Assembly (NCBI RefSeq): GCF_006345805.1
Contig: NC_043003.1
Span: 111,042,001 to 111,106,000, forward strand
Reading direction: 5' to 3'
Length of the DNA stretch: 64,000 nucleotides
Origin: Octopus sinensis
Taxonomy: Eukaryota
Shown here: in pieces, positions 12,911-25,848 of the stretch
Layout of the letters: the number at the start of each line of letters is the position of its first letter
Numbering within the stretch: the first letter of the stretch is position 1
Translations under genes and position numbers: made by a program
Notes under the pieces: model-generated
Seen by the model: only the letters and a program-made list of their open reading frames with translations
Databases searched by the model: none
What the model was told of the DNA's origin: nothing

Positions 12911-13017
12911 CATACATATATATACATATATACATACATATATATATATATACATATATATGTACATATATATATACATATATATATACAAAATAAAAAC
13001 ATGATGCCAAGGATTCA

Positions 13018-13095
13018 GCGGTACATATGTTTCGGGCCTTTATTAGACAGATTTATAACAATGCATAATGTATGTCTGTGGCCTTCTTCAGCCGC
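13018..13095 (-). ncRNA. Type I hammerhead ribozyme motif (inverted copy of 15102-15178)
   Basis: Same core and helices on the minus strand of the left arm. Confidence 0.75.
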
Positions 13096-15101
13096 GCACA
13101 ACAGCTTCCACAAGGACATGTGTTACATCAAAAATTCTTGGTTGGGGATGCAAATCCTCTCATTCGCGTACGACATAATGCGGCAACAGCATAGAATTGA
13201 AGCGTCCATCTCTTTCTTCTCTCAATGTAGAATGAGGAAATTTGGATGTTGAAGTAATGTAAATAAATAAATACATATATAGACGTGAAGATGGAGGGGC
13301 GAGAATTCAGGACGAGGGATAAAAAATGTATGTATAAAAAATGTAAGTATAGAAACATAAAAATGTAGAGTATAAAGATATAAAGGGATATAAGGAGATG
13401 TAAAGGGGGTATAAAGAATATAAAGAAATATAAAGAAATATAAATGAATGTAAAGGCATAAGGTTATAAAGTAAAGATAGAAATAGAAATAAAAGTAAAA
13501 AGTAAAAAAATAAAAATAGGAATAAACATGATAAAAATGTAAAAAAATATTTAAAAATATAAAAAATATAAAAAAATATAAAAAAATATAAAGATAAGGG
13601 ATGTATAGAGGTTATGGACCAAACATGGTGGTCAGGAGATTGACCTTTATTCTCATTTTTATTTTCATCTCTTATCTTAATTCTTATAATTTTTATAATT
13701 TTTATATTTCATTTCTAACTTTTACATTGTATTTCTTATTTTATATTGTATTTCTTACTTTTATTTCTAATTTTACTCTTACCCTCATTCTTACCCCTAA
13801 CTTATCGCTTTATATCTCTATATATGTCTATTTTTTTTGCTTATCCCTTATTTACTTACCTATGGATCCGCTTTATGATGATACGAGCGTCCGTGTACGT
13901 ATGTATACGTATACATATGTGTACATATGTACGAGTAAACATCTACGTCTGGATGTGCATACCCCGTATTTCTTTACATTTTTTTACATGTTTTCTTATA
14001 CTCATATGTTTACACCTATTTGTATACATCTTTTAATATCTTATAGCTATACCCATATGCGCGTATGTCTCTGTGTGTGTATGTAAGTGTATATGTGCAC
14101 GCACATATGGACACACAGCCGTGTGTGCGTGCACGTGTGGACGTGAGTGCGTGATTCTTTACATACGTTCTTATATACATCCTTTAATATCTTATATCTA
14201 AACCTGGAAGCGTGGGCATATGTGTATGTGTATGTAAGGATGGACGCACGTATGTATATATGGGTGTGTACACGTATAATGTCCGTGTATACATGCGGAT
14301 ATTCTGTTGTATGTATGTATGTGTACGCGCGTGCGTGTGGGTGTATGTGTGTTTATGTACATGCTTACACGTGAGTGCGTGTGTATGCTTATAGGCTTGG
14401 AGCCGTGTATGCGCGCGTATATGTGCGCGTGTATATGGGTGTATGTATCCATGATGGTATGGATGTACAAGATGACCAATTCAAAGAACTAGATTAAACG
14501 CTCAACAGCTCTGATTTACAACACACTAGGTCCCCAGACAACTTCTACAACTAAACTTTATCAATCTCCTGACCACCATGTTTGGTCCATAACCTCTATA
14601 CATCCCTTATCTTTATATTTTTTTGATATTTTTTAATATTTTTTAATATTTTTTTACATTTTTATCATGTTTATTCCTATTTTTATTTTTTTACTTTTTA
14701 CTTTTATTTCTATTTCTATCTTTACTTTATAACCTTATGCCTTTACATTCATTTATATTTCTTTATATTTCTTTATATTCTTTATACCCCCTTTACATCT
14801 CCTTATATCCCTTTATATCTTTATACTCTACATTTTTATATGTTTCTATACTTACATTTTTATACATACATTTTTTATCCCTCGTCCTGAATTCTCGCCC
14901 CTCCATCTTCACGTCTATATATGTATTTATTTATTTACATTACTTCAACATCCAAATTTCCTCATTCTACATTGAGAGAAGAAAGAGATGGACGCTTCAA
15001 TTCTATGCTGTTGCCGCATTATGTCGTACGCGAATGAGAGGATTTGCATCCCCAACCAAGAATTTTTGATGTAACACATGTCCTTGTGGAAGCTGTTGTG
15101 C

Positions 15102-15178
15102 GCGGCTGAAGAAGGCCACAGACATACATTATGCATGTTATAAATCTGTCTAATAAAGGCCCGAAACATATGTACCGC
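15102..15178 (+). ncRNA. Type I hammerhead ribozyme motif
   Basis: gcgg CTGAAGA A GGCC..GGCC C GAAA C-atat-G TA ccgc. Palindromic helix III; A-C mismatch at the base of helix II. Confidence 0.75.
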
Positions 15179-15313
15179 TGAATCCTTGGCATCATGTTTT
15201 TATTTTGATCAATTTACTCCACCACCTACACCACCAAACGGTATACACAGGTGCTTATAATTATCAAGTACTCACCCCGAATTTCTATACTCAACTCATA
15301 TATATATACACAC

Positions 15314-15346
<33 letters not shown>

Positions 15347-15366
15347 AATATATATATATAGATAGA

Positions 15367-15398
<32 letters not shown>

Positions 15399-15411
15399 CA
15401 TATATATATAT

Positions 15412-15445
<34 letters not shown>

Positions 15446-15473
15446 CATATATATATATACATATATACATATT

Positions 15474-15516
<43 letters not shown>

Positions 15517-15560
15517 TATATTATATATATATAATATATACATATATATATACATATATG

Positions 15561-15759
15561 ACTTAGAATAACTTAGAAAGGTTTTGGCCAGTATTGGCCC
15601 AGGCCATGTCTAACTTAATAGCACCACCTGGGAAGTGGAATGCTTACAGCACCTAGGGTTCCCAAGCGGTCACCCATCTAATTACTAACTAGGCTCGATG
15701 TTGCTTAACTTCGGTGATCGGACGAGAACCGGTGCTTTCAACGTGATATGGCCGTAAGC
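15561..15759 (-). mobile_element. 5S rRNA-derived SINE (SINE3-type) with a LINE-derived 3' tail
   Basis: 15641-15759 is a 119-nt 5S-like sequence (gcttacggc..gctgtaagc terminal stem, box A cgaagttaagc, box C gatgggtgacc). It has no oligo-T terminator and is followed by a tail matching 63162-63226. Inserted in (TA)n. Confidence 0.85.
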
Positions 15760-15760
15760 C

Positions 15761-15842
<82 letters not shown>

Positions 15843-15846
15843 TTAC

Positions 15847-15932
<86 letters not shown>

Positions 15933-17224
15933 AGATGAGTTGATAGAGAGAGAAGTGTACACATAATGGGCTTACATTGAAGCCTATTCATACTTTTTGA
16001 TTTAAGAAACCTATACCTATATACATGTGTGCTTGTTTGTGCATGCATGTATGAATGGATATATATATAATTTTGCATGTATGTATGTATGTACCTAGAT
16101 ATGCATGTGTGTTCTGTATGTTCAGCATGTTCATTATTTTACATTCTCTCATGTAAAGATGATATTAAGTCAGATCTTAAGATACATACCTATATTCATA
16201 GACACATAATATCCCGTACATATACACGCTTGTGTATAATACATATCAGTATACAACGCAACGCTCACTAGCACATATTTACATAATAAATATATGTATG
16301 GCAAGATTTCTTGAATTATTTTTAGCAATTGTTACTTGAGGATATTATAATAAATACATGTAGTAAATGTCTTTACTTTAACTCAGCAGCGGTAACGTGA
16401 GTTTTAACGAGCAGAGCAATTACTTACATCTTTGGAAAGGTCAGTTTGAAATGATTTTAAACTTTCGTAATTATTGATTTGGTATAACATTAGTGAAAAA
16501 TATAAATTTAGGTTAATAATTTCTGAGAAGTTATTTCTATTTGATGCGATTCATTTTAGTAATAGAAACATTACAGGATATAAGTTAAATGCATCAATTA
16601 GTTTAATATTATTTTGTGTATAGGTTGTACAGAAAATATTTTCGTAGATGTATCACTTATAATACGAGATAAAAATTTTCTTGGGGTAAAGCCACAAAAA
16701 CGACAATGAATCATAAGGTGATTCATACTTGATTATAAGATATTTAACCTATGATAACTACAGAGTAGCGTGTTCGATTCATAGCCGCAGTATGGTAGAC
16801 AATACAAGTTGACCTCTGTATTTCCGTCCGCCCAATTGAAAATACATGACATAAATATCTTCGTTAAATTTATAAATAGTTCTGGGTTGCGAAATAGTTA
16901 TAAAACAAGGATAGCAGGTGATTTCTGAGTCATTAATCTATGAGCATATAATTCGTTACATATTCACGTGTAAGATGTATAAGTGCATACGTATACGCGC
17001 ACATAGGGGCACTGGTATGTGTGTGTGTGTGCGCGTGGGACTATGTGTGTTTGGCACTAGACATGCAATATAACGAAACTTGTACAAAAAAAGGATTCTT
17101 CTGAAAGCGAATAGGAATAAGCTCAGTTTTAGTATCTCTAAAATTTAGAATACTGTCACTAATAGTACAGCCTAAGTCCTCTATCAAGCATTGACACACA
17201 GTAAGGATATATAACGCCCAGTAA

Positions 17225-17420
17225 TACTGTCAAAACGGGATTTGTTTCATAATGTCAAGGCTCCATCACAGACGTACTTGCTTTCAATGGCTACTGCGTG
17301 AGACTGTGGCTTTGAACTGGTTGACCACCGTCTCTATACCCCTGATAATATACCATCTGACTATCATTTGTTTCCCAACATGAAAAACATTTGGCTGGGA
17401 ACCAAATTCGCAGTGATATA
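17225..17420 (+). mobile_element. mariner transposase fragment
   Basis: Translates DCGFELVDHRLYTPDNIPSDYHLFPNMK, matching the mariner H.PYSPDLAPSDY motif. Confidence 0.7.
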
Positions 17421-17771
17421 AAATAGATATGTCTGTGTATTCGCTGTTCACGGGAAAACGACTTCACCAATTACTTCCATACATATGATGCATGAATAAT
17501 TTCACCTCTTCATTTGATCTTTTAAAAATAAAATTATTGCTTCATATTTATGACTCAGTTGTTTAAAAAGGTTTCACATTGTCAACTTCCGGTATTGACG
17601 TAAAACCGGCGAGGTCTCTCACTCTCTATTTTAATGTTCGCTATTTGTAAATGACTACGTAACTTACTGAAAGAAATATTTACGAAGTTCATAAATTTAA
17701 ATAAAATTAAATATCCGTGTTTTTATTTACACGACCTTTTCATTCCATATTAATCTCATTCATTGCTTGCA

Positions 17772-17817
<46 letters not shown>

Positions 17818-18088
17818 ACACACGCACATACACACACACAATCCACGCTTCTTTCGTTACGAAATCGTACACTTCGTTAATTTCCCTAAAAACTTTTTAT
17901 GTATTTTTATTCAGTCACACGCGCACACGTGTTTTGTCTGTACGTTTGTATACATTTATGTATGTGCGTGTGTGTTAGTGAAGAGTGTGTTGTCATGTAT
18001 ACGTACATACATGGATAGATATGTATACATCTTTTTTCAATGTATGTATACATGTATGAGTGAGAAAGAGAATGATGTCTAAGTGGCA

Positions 18089-18122
<34 letters not shown>

Positions 18123-18214
18123 GTTTCTCGCACACAGACACACACACACACACGTCCATTTCTTCTAATGGTTGATACTGTATGTATATGTATGCGAGTG
18201 TGCGGCGTTCTCCA

Positions 18215-19400
18215 ATCGCCAGACAAAAGCAGAAGAATTTTCTCTCTTGATGATCCTGGTGGCACAGGTAAAACATGTGTGACATTGCTTCTCTCCAAGG
18301 TAAGGTAACAAAAAAGATTGCAGTTGCTGTAACGTTGTCTGGCTTTGCTGCCGTCATTCTGCGAGGAGGACAAACAACTCATTCTGCTTTTAAATTACCA
18401 TTAAACCTGGTCAAAAATGATTGTCCAATTCGTAATAGAAGCAAAGATTCAGGTTCAGCAGAAGTGTTGTGCCAATGCCTCTTTATTTTTTTGAATTAAT
18501 ACAACATGTCACATGGGAAGACTTTGCAGGGCATCAGAGGCAAGAATAAATCTATGGGACGAGTTGCAGTTTTACTAGGAGATTTCAGGCAGACATTACC
18601 AGTCATTGTGAGACGAATAAGATCTGGTGAAATAAAAGCATGCATTAAGTCTCCACACCTATGGAATAAAGTACTGAAATTCTCCCTCAATACTAATATG
18701 CGAAATTCGTTACATGGGGACCAATGTGCAAAACAGGTTTCAACCTTGTTCCTCTAATTTAGAAATGGATAAGTACCATTTGATGGAAATGGTGATATCA
18801 GTTTTGCTCATATCGCTATCAAACTGAATTCCCCAGCTGAATTGAAGAACGGTATTTCCAGACTTTAGTAATAACTATAATTCATATAAATGATTGTATG
18901 AGAGACCAATTCTTACTCCATAAATGAGACAGTAGAAAGGATTAACCATGAATTAATGAAAAAAGATTCCAACCGTCATTAATAAGTAAAATCAGTTGAT
19001 TCAGTGCTTGATGAAAATTAATCTGTCCATTACACAATAGAGTTCTTTAATACTATTGAGGCACTGGAACTCCTCTACGTAAACTTTCTCTGAAGGTTTG
19101 AGTCCTAACATTGCTCCTAAGAAATTTAGATCCTCCTAAATTATGCAGTGGTACAATGTTGATTGTGAAGACATTAACACCTAATGTGACAAAGCTACCA
19201 TCATTAATGGATGTGCCCCTGGGGAAAAGACTTTCATTCCAAGAATTCCAATCAAACCAACAGGCATGCCATTTGAGTTCAAATGAATACAGTCTCCAGG
19301 GCGACTTTGCTTTGCAATGTATAAAGCTCAAGAAGAGTCTATAAAATCTACTGGGTTGCTTTTCTTGTGGTCGCCTATATGTTGATTGCTCCAGGGTACA
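18215..19400 (+). mobile_element. Helitron PIF1-type helicase pseudogene fragment
   Basis: FSLDDPGGTGKT (Walker A), GGQTTHSAFKLP, VLLGDFRQTLPVI and LLRNLDPPKLCSGTMLIVK, with stops and frameshifts. Confidence 0.85.
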
Positions 19401-19826
19401 TAGTTTGCAACATTTGAGACGGAAATTGCGGGTTATTTTTGTTTATCGAAGAGCGATAAGCAGAAAAAGAGTTCTTTACATATTCATGGTAGGCAAACAG
19501 GGGATCTGAATGTGCGAAAAAGAATACAAGAGTTACGGAATGGAGTAGGAAAGATCCGATCTACATAGGGTTTATAGCGGGTGGAACTTCAGAAGTGGTA
19601 AAATCCAAGTGAGATCTATACGCTGGCTACTCTTCAGGCCAGAGTAGATGAAATGCTACGCTGTGTCCAAGAGGTAAATGTTGATGCAAAGAGATTCCAC
19701 TTGCTATGAAACATATGTACCCTGGATTCTTTCTATCCCATCCCGTCACTATAGATAAATAGATAGATATACAGATAGATACACACATACATAAATACAT
19801 ACATAGATAGATAACTAGATAGATAA

Positions 19827-19899
<73 letters not shown>

Positions 19900-20132
19900 C
19901 AGCCAGGCAGTCAGACAGAGAGACAGACAGATAGAAAGATAAACAGATAGATAAACAGACAGTCAGACAGAGATATACAAATGGACATATATATAGACAC
20001 ACAGATAAACAGATAACTAGCTAGCTAGCTAGATAGATAGATATAAATACATCCATATATAAATATACATGTATTTATATGTATATGTATATATAATATA
20101 AATATATAATTTATATATGTGTGTTTACATAC

Positions 20133-20163
<31 letters not shown>

Positions 20164-23100
20164 AGAGAGTGTGTGTATGCATATGTATGTATGCATATGA
20201 GTATGTATGGAGAGAGACATATCGAGAAAACGAGAAAGACAAAGATAGTGGAGAAGAAATATGGTGTCGAAGTGCTCATTTGCTCGGCCTCCATTTTCTC
20301 CGATAACAAGTTTCTGCCTATTATTAGAGACATTTAGTTTGCGTTTTAACTTTTATAACACAAAATAAAGAGATAGAGATGTATTACTCATGATTGGTGA
20401 GTATTTGGAACTAAAATGTTTTATGCAATTGTCTACTTCTAATATTTGTTATTTTCTATGTATAGTTTTCAGCGTTTTATTCATCAAATTTGCATTTTTC
20501 TGTCGTTAGTAATGTGCTAAAATTGAAAAAAAAAAAATCATATAATTCTTTGATTTCTATCACAAAAAATTGGTTAGCGAGAAAATTATTATTATTACAT
20601 ATCTTTACGTTAGGAAGCACTTTACAGAAATTTCCCTTGAACACATTAGTAAACGATCGGTTAGAAAACATAATAGAGAAGTAATGCTATGGATGTATGC
20701 AAATTTAATAGACATATTATTGACATATGCAAAAGATTTTGCGCAGTATAAGCAGCTGCGTTATATTTCACTAAATACGTAGTTTACATTCAGACTTCAG
20801 CTGACTGCATCAAAGGATTATATAAAAAAATATAAAAATATCAATGATATACTTTTATCAAGAAATCGTAATCAATACTCAAGTTATAGCATATTGAATT
20901 TTTATTTTTTTGTTACTCATCTGTTTTACCCTTTTTCACACTAACGGAAGAAATTTTATTTTATTTTCACATTTTATTTCTAAAAATGCGACATCGGTTC
21001 CAATAGGTACCCATGCATATCCAATTGTTAAATTTCATCATTTGTAATTCAAAAGAGAGAAAAATAATGTACAGTCGACTAACTGATGAACGCTTTGTAT
21101 ATGTCTGCAATTTAGTCTACTAGTTATAAGAAAATACATCCTTACATGACATCAGACATCGTAATCAGCGCCGAGAAATATAAATGTTTAAAGAAAGACA
21201 ATGCATAGCAGACAATGCCAGGCATAACATTTTCCATATTTTTGTGGTTCGAGAACTGAAAGTTATTTTCAAATCTTATGCATATGAGAAAAGTAACACT
21301 GTAGAAGAGGCAAACTAATCCATAGAAACTACCACTTGAATATAATAAATTAGAAATTAATTTAATTGAAGTCCGTAAACAAAACCTCTTCCAGATATTA
21401 ATTAACGTTATTACACAGTCAACACCCCAAAGTTGATGTAAAGACCTTTTTATCAACCGATCTCATTAAACATAAATCAACAAACAAAAAGAAAAATAGC
21501 TAACATTACTAAATTGTATGCAACCAGTGCAATGTATGATTTCAGCTGCCAAGTCCCAGTTCATACACAGCTGTTATTGAGTTTGCAGCAGTAACTGCTG
21601 AGCAAAGTACCGGTTCTTTGACATATGCGTAGACACAATATCAATACTGTATATAGCATCAATCTCGAAAGAAGTGTATAAGACATGATGGTTCAGATTG
21701 AAAGGATGATCAATGAAAACACTCCAAATATAACTTTTAAGAGTGGATATTTTGATAAGCTGGATATATACAGGTGAAAATATTTACATGATGTGGTTCA
21801 TGTCAGTGAAATCAATACCAATAACAGCAGCGGGCTAAAAATATAAACAAGAAACAAAATCATATGCTAAGACAGACTCGGTACAACCATACTGCGTACA
21901 TACACCGACGTATATTGTACTCATTAAAATAACATAAAAGAGCAACTCGGCAAAATAGATTAGATTACGAAAATAAATTTAAAAAATCCTCCCATCGACC
22001 AGAAAAAAACAATGTTCTTTGGACCTCAGAAACACCTATTTGCCTACAGTTGCACATTTCATTTCTCACGTAAAGCATAATAATAAGAATTATCATAATA
22101 AGAATCCTTACAGAAGCCAATAATGAATATTTAAATTTAAAAACACAATATAAAGAGCCAAATTCTTCAGAAATGTATTGTGACGTAGATAATGTTTTCA
22201 CAATGAAAGTTGGAAGAGGAGAGGCTGTCACTAAATTTTATATACTCTATAACATGAAAACAGTTAGTAATGTTTCTATAGACAATATATCGGATCTGTT
22301 TGATATCGACCTACCATATTTATGATCAGTCAAAACACCGACAAGCTCGTTCAAAATATGCAAGGCCAATTCAGATTAAAAAGACTCCGATGGATGCAAG
22401 AAACGAATACAAACGAAAAGTGCAAATAATATTCAATTTGGAAAACTCCGGTTGTAATATCTAAGAGAAAGAGTTAAATTACTAGGAAAAAATATTTAAC
22501 AACAAACTGAAAATCATCAAAGTGATGGGAAAATATCACTGTTACCACGACTAACAAGTATTACCTGAAACTATACACACATAACCTGTCAATACGCTGG
22601 TAACTGAGAGACTTAACTGTAAACGTATCGCAATTTAAATATGTTCAAGAACATAAAACTGATAAAAACGCCTTATGCAAAGGGCACGCAAAGTAATCGA
22701 GCCCCCGCATTATCTTAGGCTTAGTGAATACTGTAATAATGTTGAGTAGGAGATCAAAAAGAATTAATTATTGAGTGATTTTCCCAAACGTATATTTTAG
22801 AGACGTTAGTCAAGAGCAATGTGCAGCAAAGGTACGTGAGCATTTAAAGATATGACTAAACAGCGAACAGTTTTAATGTTGCAGTAGTAAAGAAAAATTT
22901 TGCAAATTTACATATTTCTTTTTGATAAGAATCCCTTTGTTTCCTTTTCCCTGTCTGGTGGCAATCCATTTAAACACGCTGAGCTACAGTGGAATCGATG
23001 CTAATTTAGACTTGACTCAGAGAAAAATTGTAATTCTTTCAACTGCACGGTATATGAATTATCACTCATAAACGATCTAAAATCTGACGAAGGAAGGAAT

Positions 23101-24033
23101 AGTTACTGTAAATGCGAAAACATTTGTGGCATATATTACAATAATTCTAGTACCAAAGAAACATCGCAGAACTAGAGAAAATGCAATAAAACCGATAGAA
23201 ATATCGTGTGAATATCACCAAAAATTAAACGTTTTGCTATATTTATGGAACGAAACCGAGTTTAAAGTAATGAATTTCAGAATATGGGGCAGAAATGTTT
23301 AAAATTTTTCTAAGCATTTTGTGTATTCTGAAAACGAAACGCTAAAACAACAATAAGAAACATTTCAGTACCTGAGAATAATACCAGTAATGGGGAAATA
23401 AATATGAAACAGAAGCATTGATTACGTAGTGCACAATTCCTAAATTAAAAAATCACAGTTAAAATATTTTGAGCATTCAAAGACAGGAAATTAAGCCAGA
23501 GGAAATATTACAGGCAAGGCAATTGAAACCGACCGAAATTCACACGGTCAGTAAAAAATTCATTAACATAGCATTGGCCACGTGCGCTTTACTACCTAAC
23601 ACTGACATTTTTGGGTCACTTTTCTCGAAGCACTTATTGGCAAGATATAGGAACAGTATTTAAGCATAAGTATCTTAATAAGAATACCACTGTTGGCCAA
23701 AGATTAATCTTTACAATCGCTGAATAGCAACCAGTCAACAATTTCAAGCCTATTTCATTTACTATCTTGTAATTTATTCCTTATAACGTCTATCATGTTT
23801 ATTTCAGACGTGTTCAATACAATGATGTCAATTTAATATTCTGTCACAACCGTTCAGTATCTCAACTATATTAAACCTTCGAAGACAGACATTGTTTTCC
23901 TTCTGATGCTACGAGATATCGGGCGGGAGGCATGTAGTTTTCAAATCAGTTGTTGTTTAAAAGTCATTGTCTTTTGTGGAATATGAAGCAGCATTAACTT
24001 AAATATTTTCCTTCTCTCTCTCTCTCTCTCTCC

Positions 24034-24124
<91 letters not shown>

Positions 24125-25090
24125 TATATTTGTGTATATTAGTCCTCGATATGTCTTTAAAGTGCATCCGATGTTGGGGTTCTGGAGTTCCAGGGTTTAT
24201 CACCACTTCTTAGCCCCTAGTATCTCGAAGTCTAGTCCGACCCGGCGTGGCTGCACCTGTCAGTACCCCCGCTTTGGTTTGACTAGCGTATATAATGACA
24301 ATACACCTGAATGCGCTGAGGCAGAAATACATTTGCTTAGTGTCAAGCCGCCCAATGAAACCCCTGGGAGATAGGAACTTTTTACTGTTGGAACAGCATC
24401 CTTCTAAAAGGGGGACACACTGATGTAAAACGTAGTTTCACCCAATTACTATCCACCTTGCTTTGGCCTCTCACTAGCAACTAATCATAGAGACTCGGAA
24501 GGTATAATTTGATCTTACGAGCGTTTATCGCTATACTCCATTGGCATGCAGAAGTCCCTTTACAGTGATCTCATTAGTTATTCTCTCTACTGAAAGACCT
24601 ACGCTGAAGGAAGAAGTGTGACACGCTCTCTTGTAACCAATTGGAAGTGCACAATATGTTACAACTTTCATCTTCACCTATGCTCCATGCAGCTCTATTG
24701 AATAGTCATAAATACCATTGACAAAAGGAGGTGTGTTGAAACGACAATCATCTGTGTAGATGATTATCGTTTCCTTGTGTTGTAATAACCATATGTGTTT
24801 ATAGAAGGAAGAGTGTAATTTAGTTATGTATTTTAAATATGATTATATTGTGGCTTAATTATATTTTACGTTTTATCAATTTATTATTCAGGTTCTACAT
24901 GAAGCGCAATAGTTCTCAGAATTTCACAGTAACAAGAAATTGTACTCGAAAACATAAAAAATTCGAAATGATAAAAAATGCTAAAAACAAATACACATCC
25001 TAGTCCTTCTTATAGAATATACATATGTAGTTACATAGGCATGGGCACCCAAACCCATAAATACTTAATATATATGTATATATATGTATA

Positions 25091-25132
<42 letters not shown>

Positions 25133-25224
25133 TATATATATATATATATATTCATACACACATACAAATATATACTTATTTATTTATATAGTCATATGTA
25201 TACCTAATATTTTCTTCACTATTA

Positions 25225-25257
<33 letters not shown>

Positions 25258-25340
25258 TATTTAGACAAAACCCTATTTTGCAAAACAAACAAGGAAAGAC
25301 TTAATCAATACATAAAATTAATAAATAGTCAAAAAAACCG

Positions 25341-25380
25341 CCACTACAATCGTTTCTTGTCATCGACAATCTTCAGGTGG
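25341..25380 (-). ncRNA. Minimal type I hammerhead ribozyme motif
   Basis: ccac CTGAAGA TTGTC gat GACAA GAAA C-gatt-G TA gtgg. Confidence 0.8.
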
Positions 25381-25437
25381 ACTTCCAATAATTCAGTTAC
25401 AAATCACTTCATAATTTGTAACTGAATTATTGGAAGT

Positions 25438-25481
25438 CCACCTGAAGATTGTCGATCAAGACAAGAAACACGATGTAGTGG
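25438..25481 (+). ncRNA. Minimal type I hammerhead ribozyme motif
   Basis: ccac CTGAAGA TTGTC gatcaa GACAA GAAA C-acgat-G TA gtgg. Confidence 0.8.
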
Positions 25482-25653
25482 CGGTTTTTTTGACTATTTA
25501 TTAAATTTTATGTATGATTAAGTCTTTATGTTTGTTTTGCCAAAATAGTGGTTTTGTCTCAAATAATATTTTATAAATTTTACTATAAAATGGATTAATC
25601 CTAAATCTGATTTTTTCCCGTAAATTTGGATATATTCCCTAATATTTATTATT

Positions 25654-25685
<32 letters not shown>

Positions 25686-25790
25686 CGTATGTATATATAT
25701 ATAATATATATATATATATATGTATATATATTCATCTATATTTCTGCCTGTCTTTCTGTCTCCCTTTATAAATATATAATATATATTATA

Positions 25791-25848
<58 letters not shown>

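Larger units (their letters stand above)
12989..15297 (+). mobile_element. Non-coding PLE-type element with roughly 650-bp inverted repeats
   Basis: Near-identical inverted arms at 12989-13643 and 14561-15207, a spacer of about 920 bp and an unpaired 3' tail at 15208-15297. (TA)n flanks both sides and each arm contains a hammerhead. Confidence 0.85.
25247..25655. mobile_element. Fold-back element with two opposed hammerheads in (TA)n
   Basis: Inverted arms at about 25247-25404 and 25414-25575, a 9-nt loop (cacttcata) and an unpaired tail at 25576-25655. Confidence 0.9.

Noticed and set aside
15641-15759. Functional 5S rRNA gene
   Set aside because: It is solitary, has no oligo-T terminator, is fused to a LINE tail and sits in (TA)n, so it is better explained as a SINE or retrocopy.
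19625-19725. Hammerhead half-motifs (tcttcag and gaaacatatgta)
   Set aside because: The two halves are on opposite strands and lie within probable LINE debris.
20400-21460. Possible very old PLE RT remnant on the minus strand (VPIGT-like motif near 21000)
   Set aside because: Too degenerate to support by eye.
23084-23130. CTGACGA..GAAAAC hammerhead-like motif
   Set aside because: No helix I or II pairing could be formed.
24480-24530. Possible next GABA-B exon (minus-strand IIPSES)
   Set aside because: Flanked by in-frame stops, with no further similarity or splice sites.
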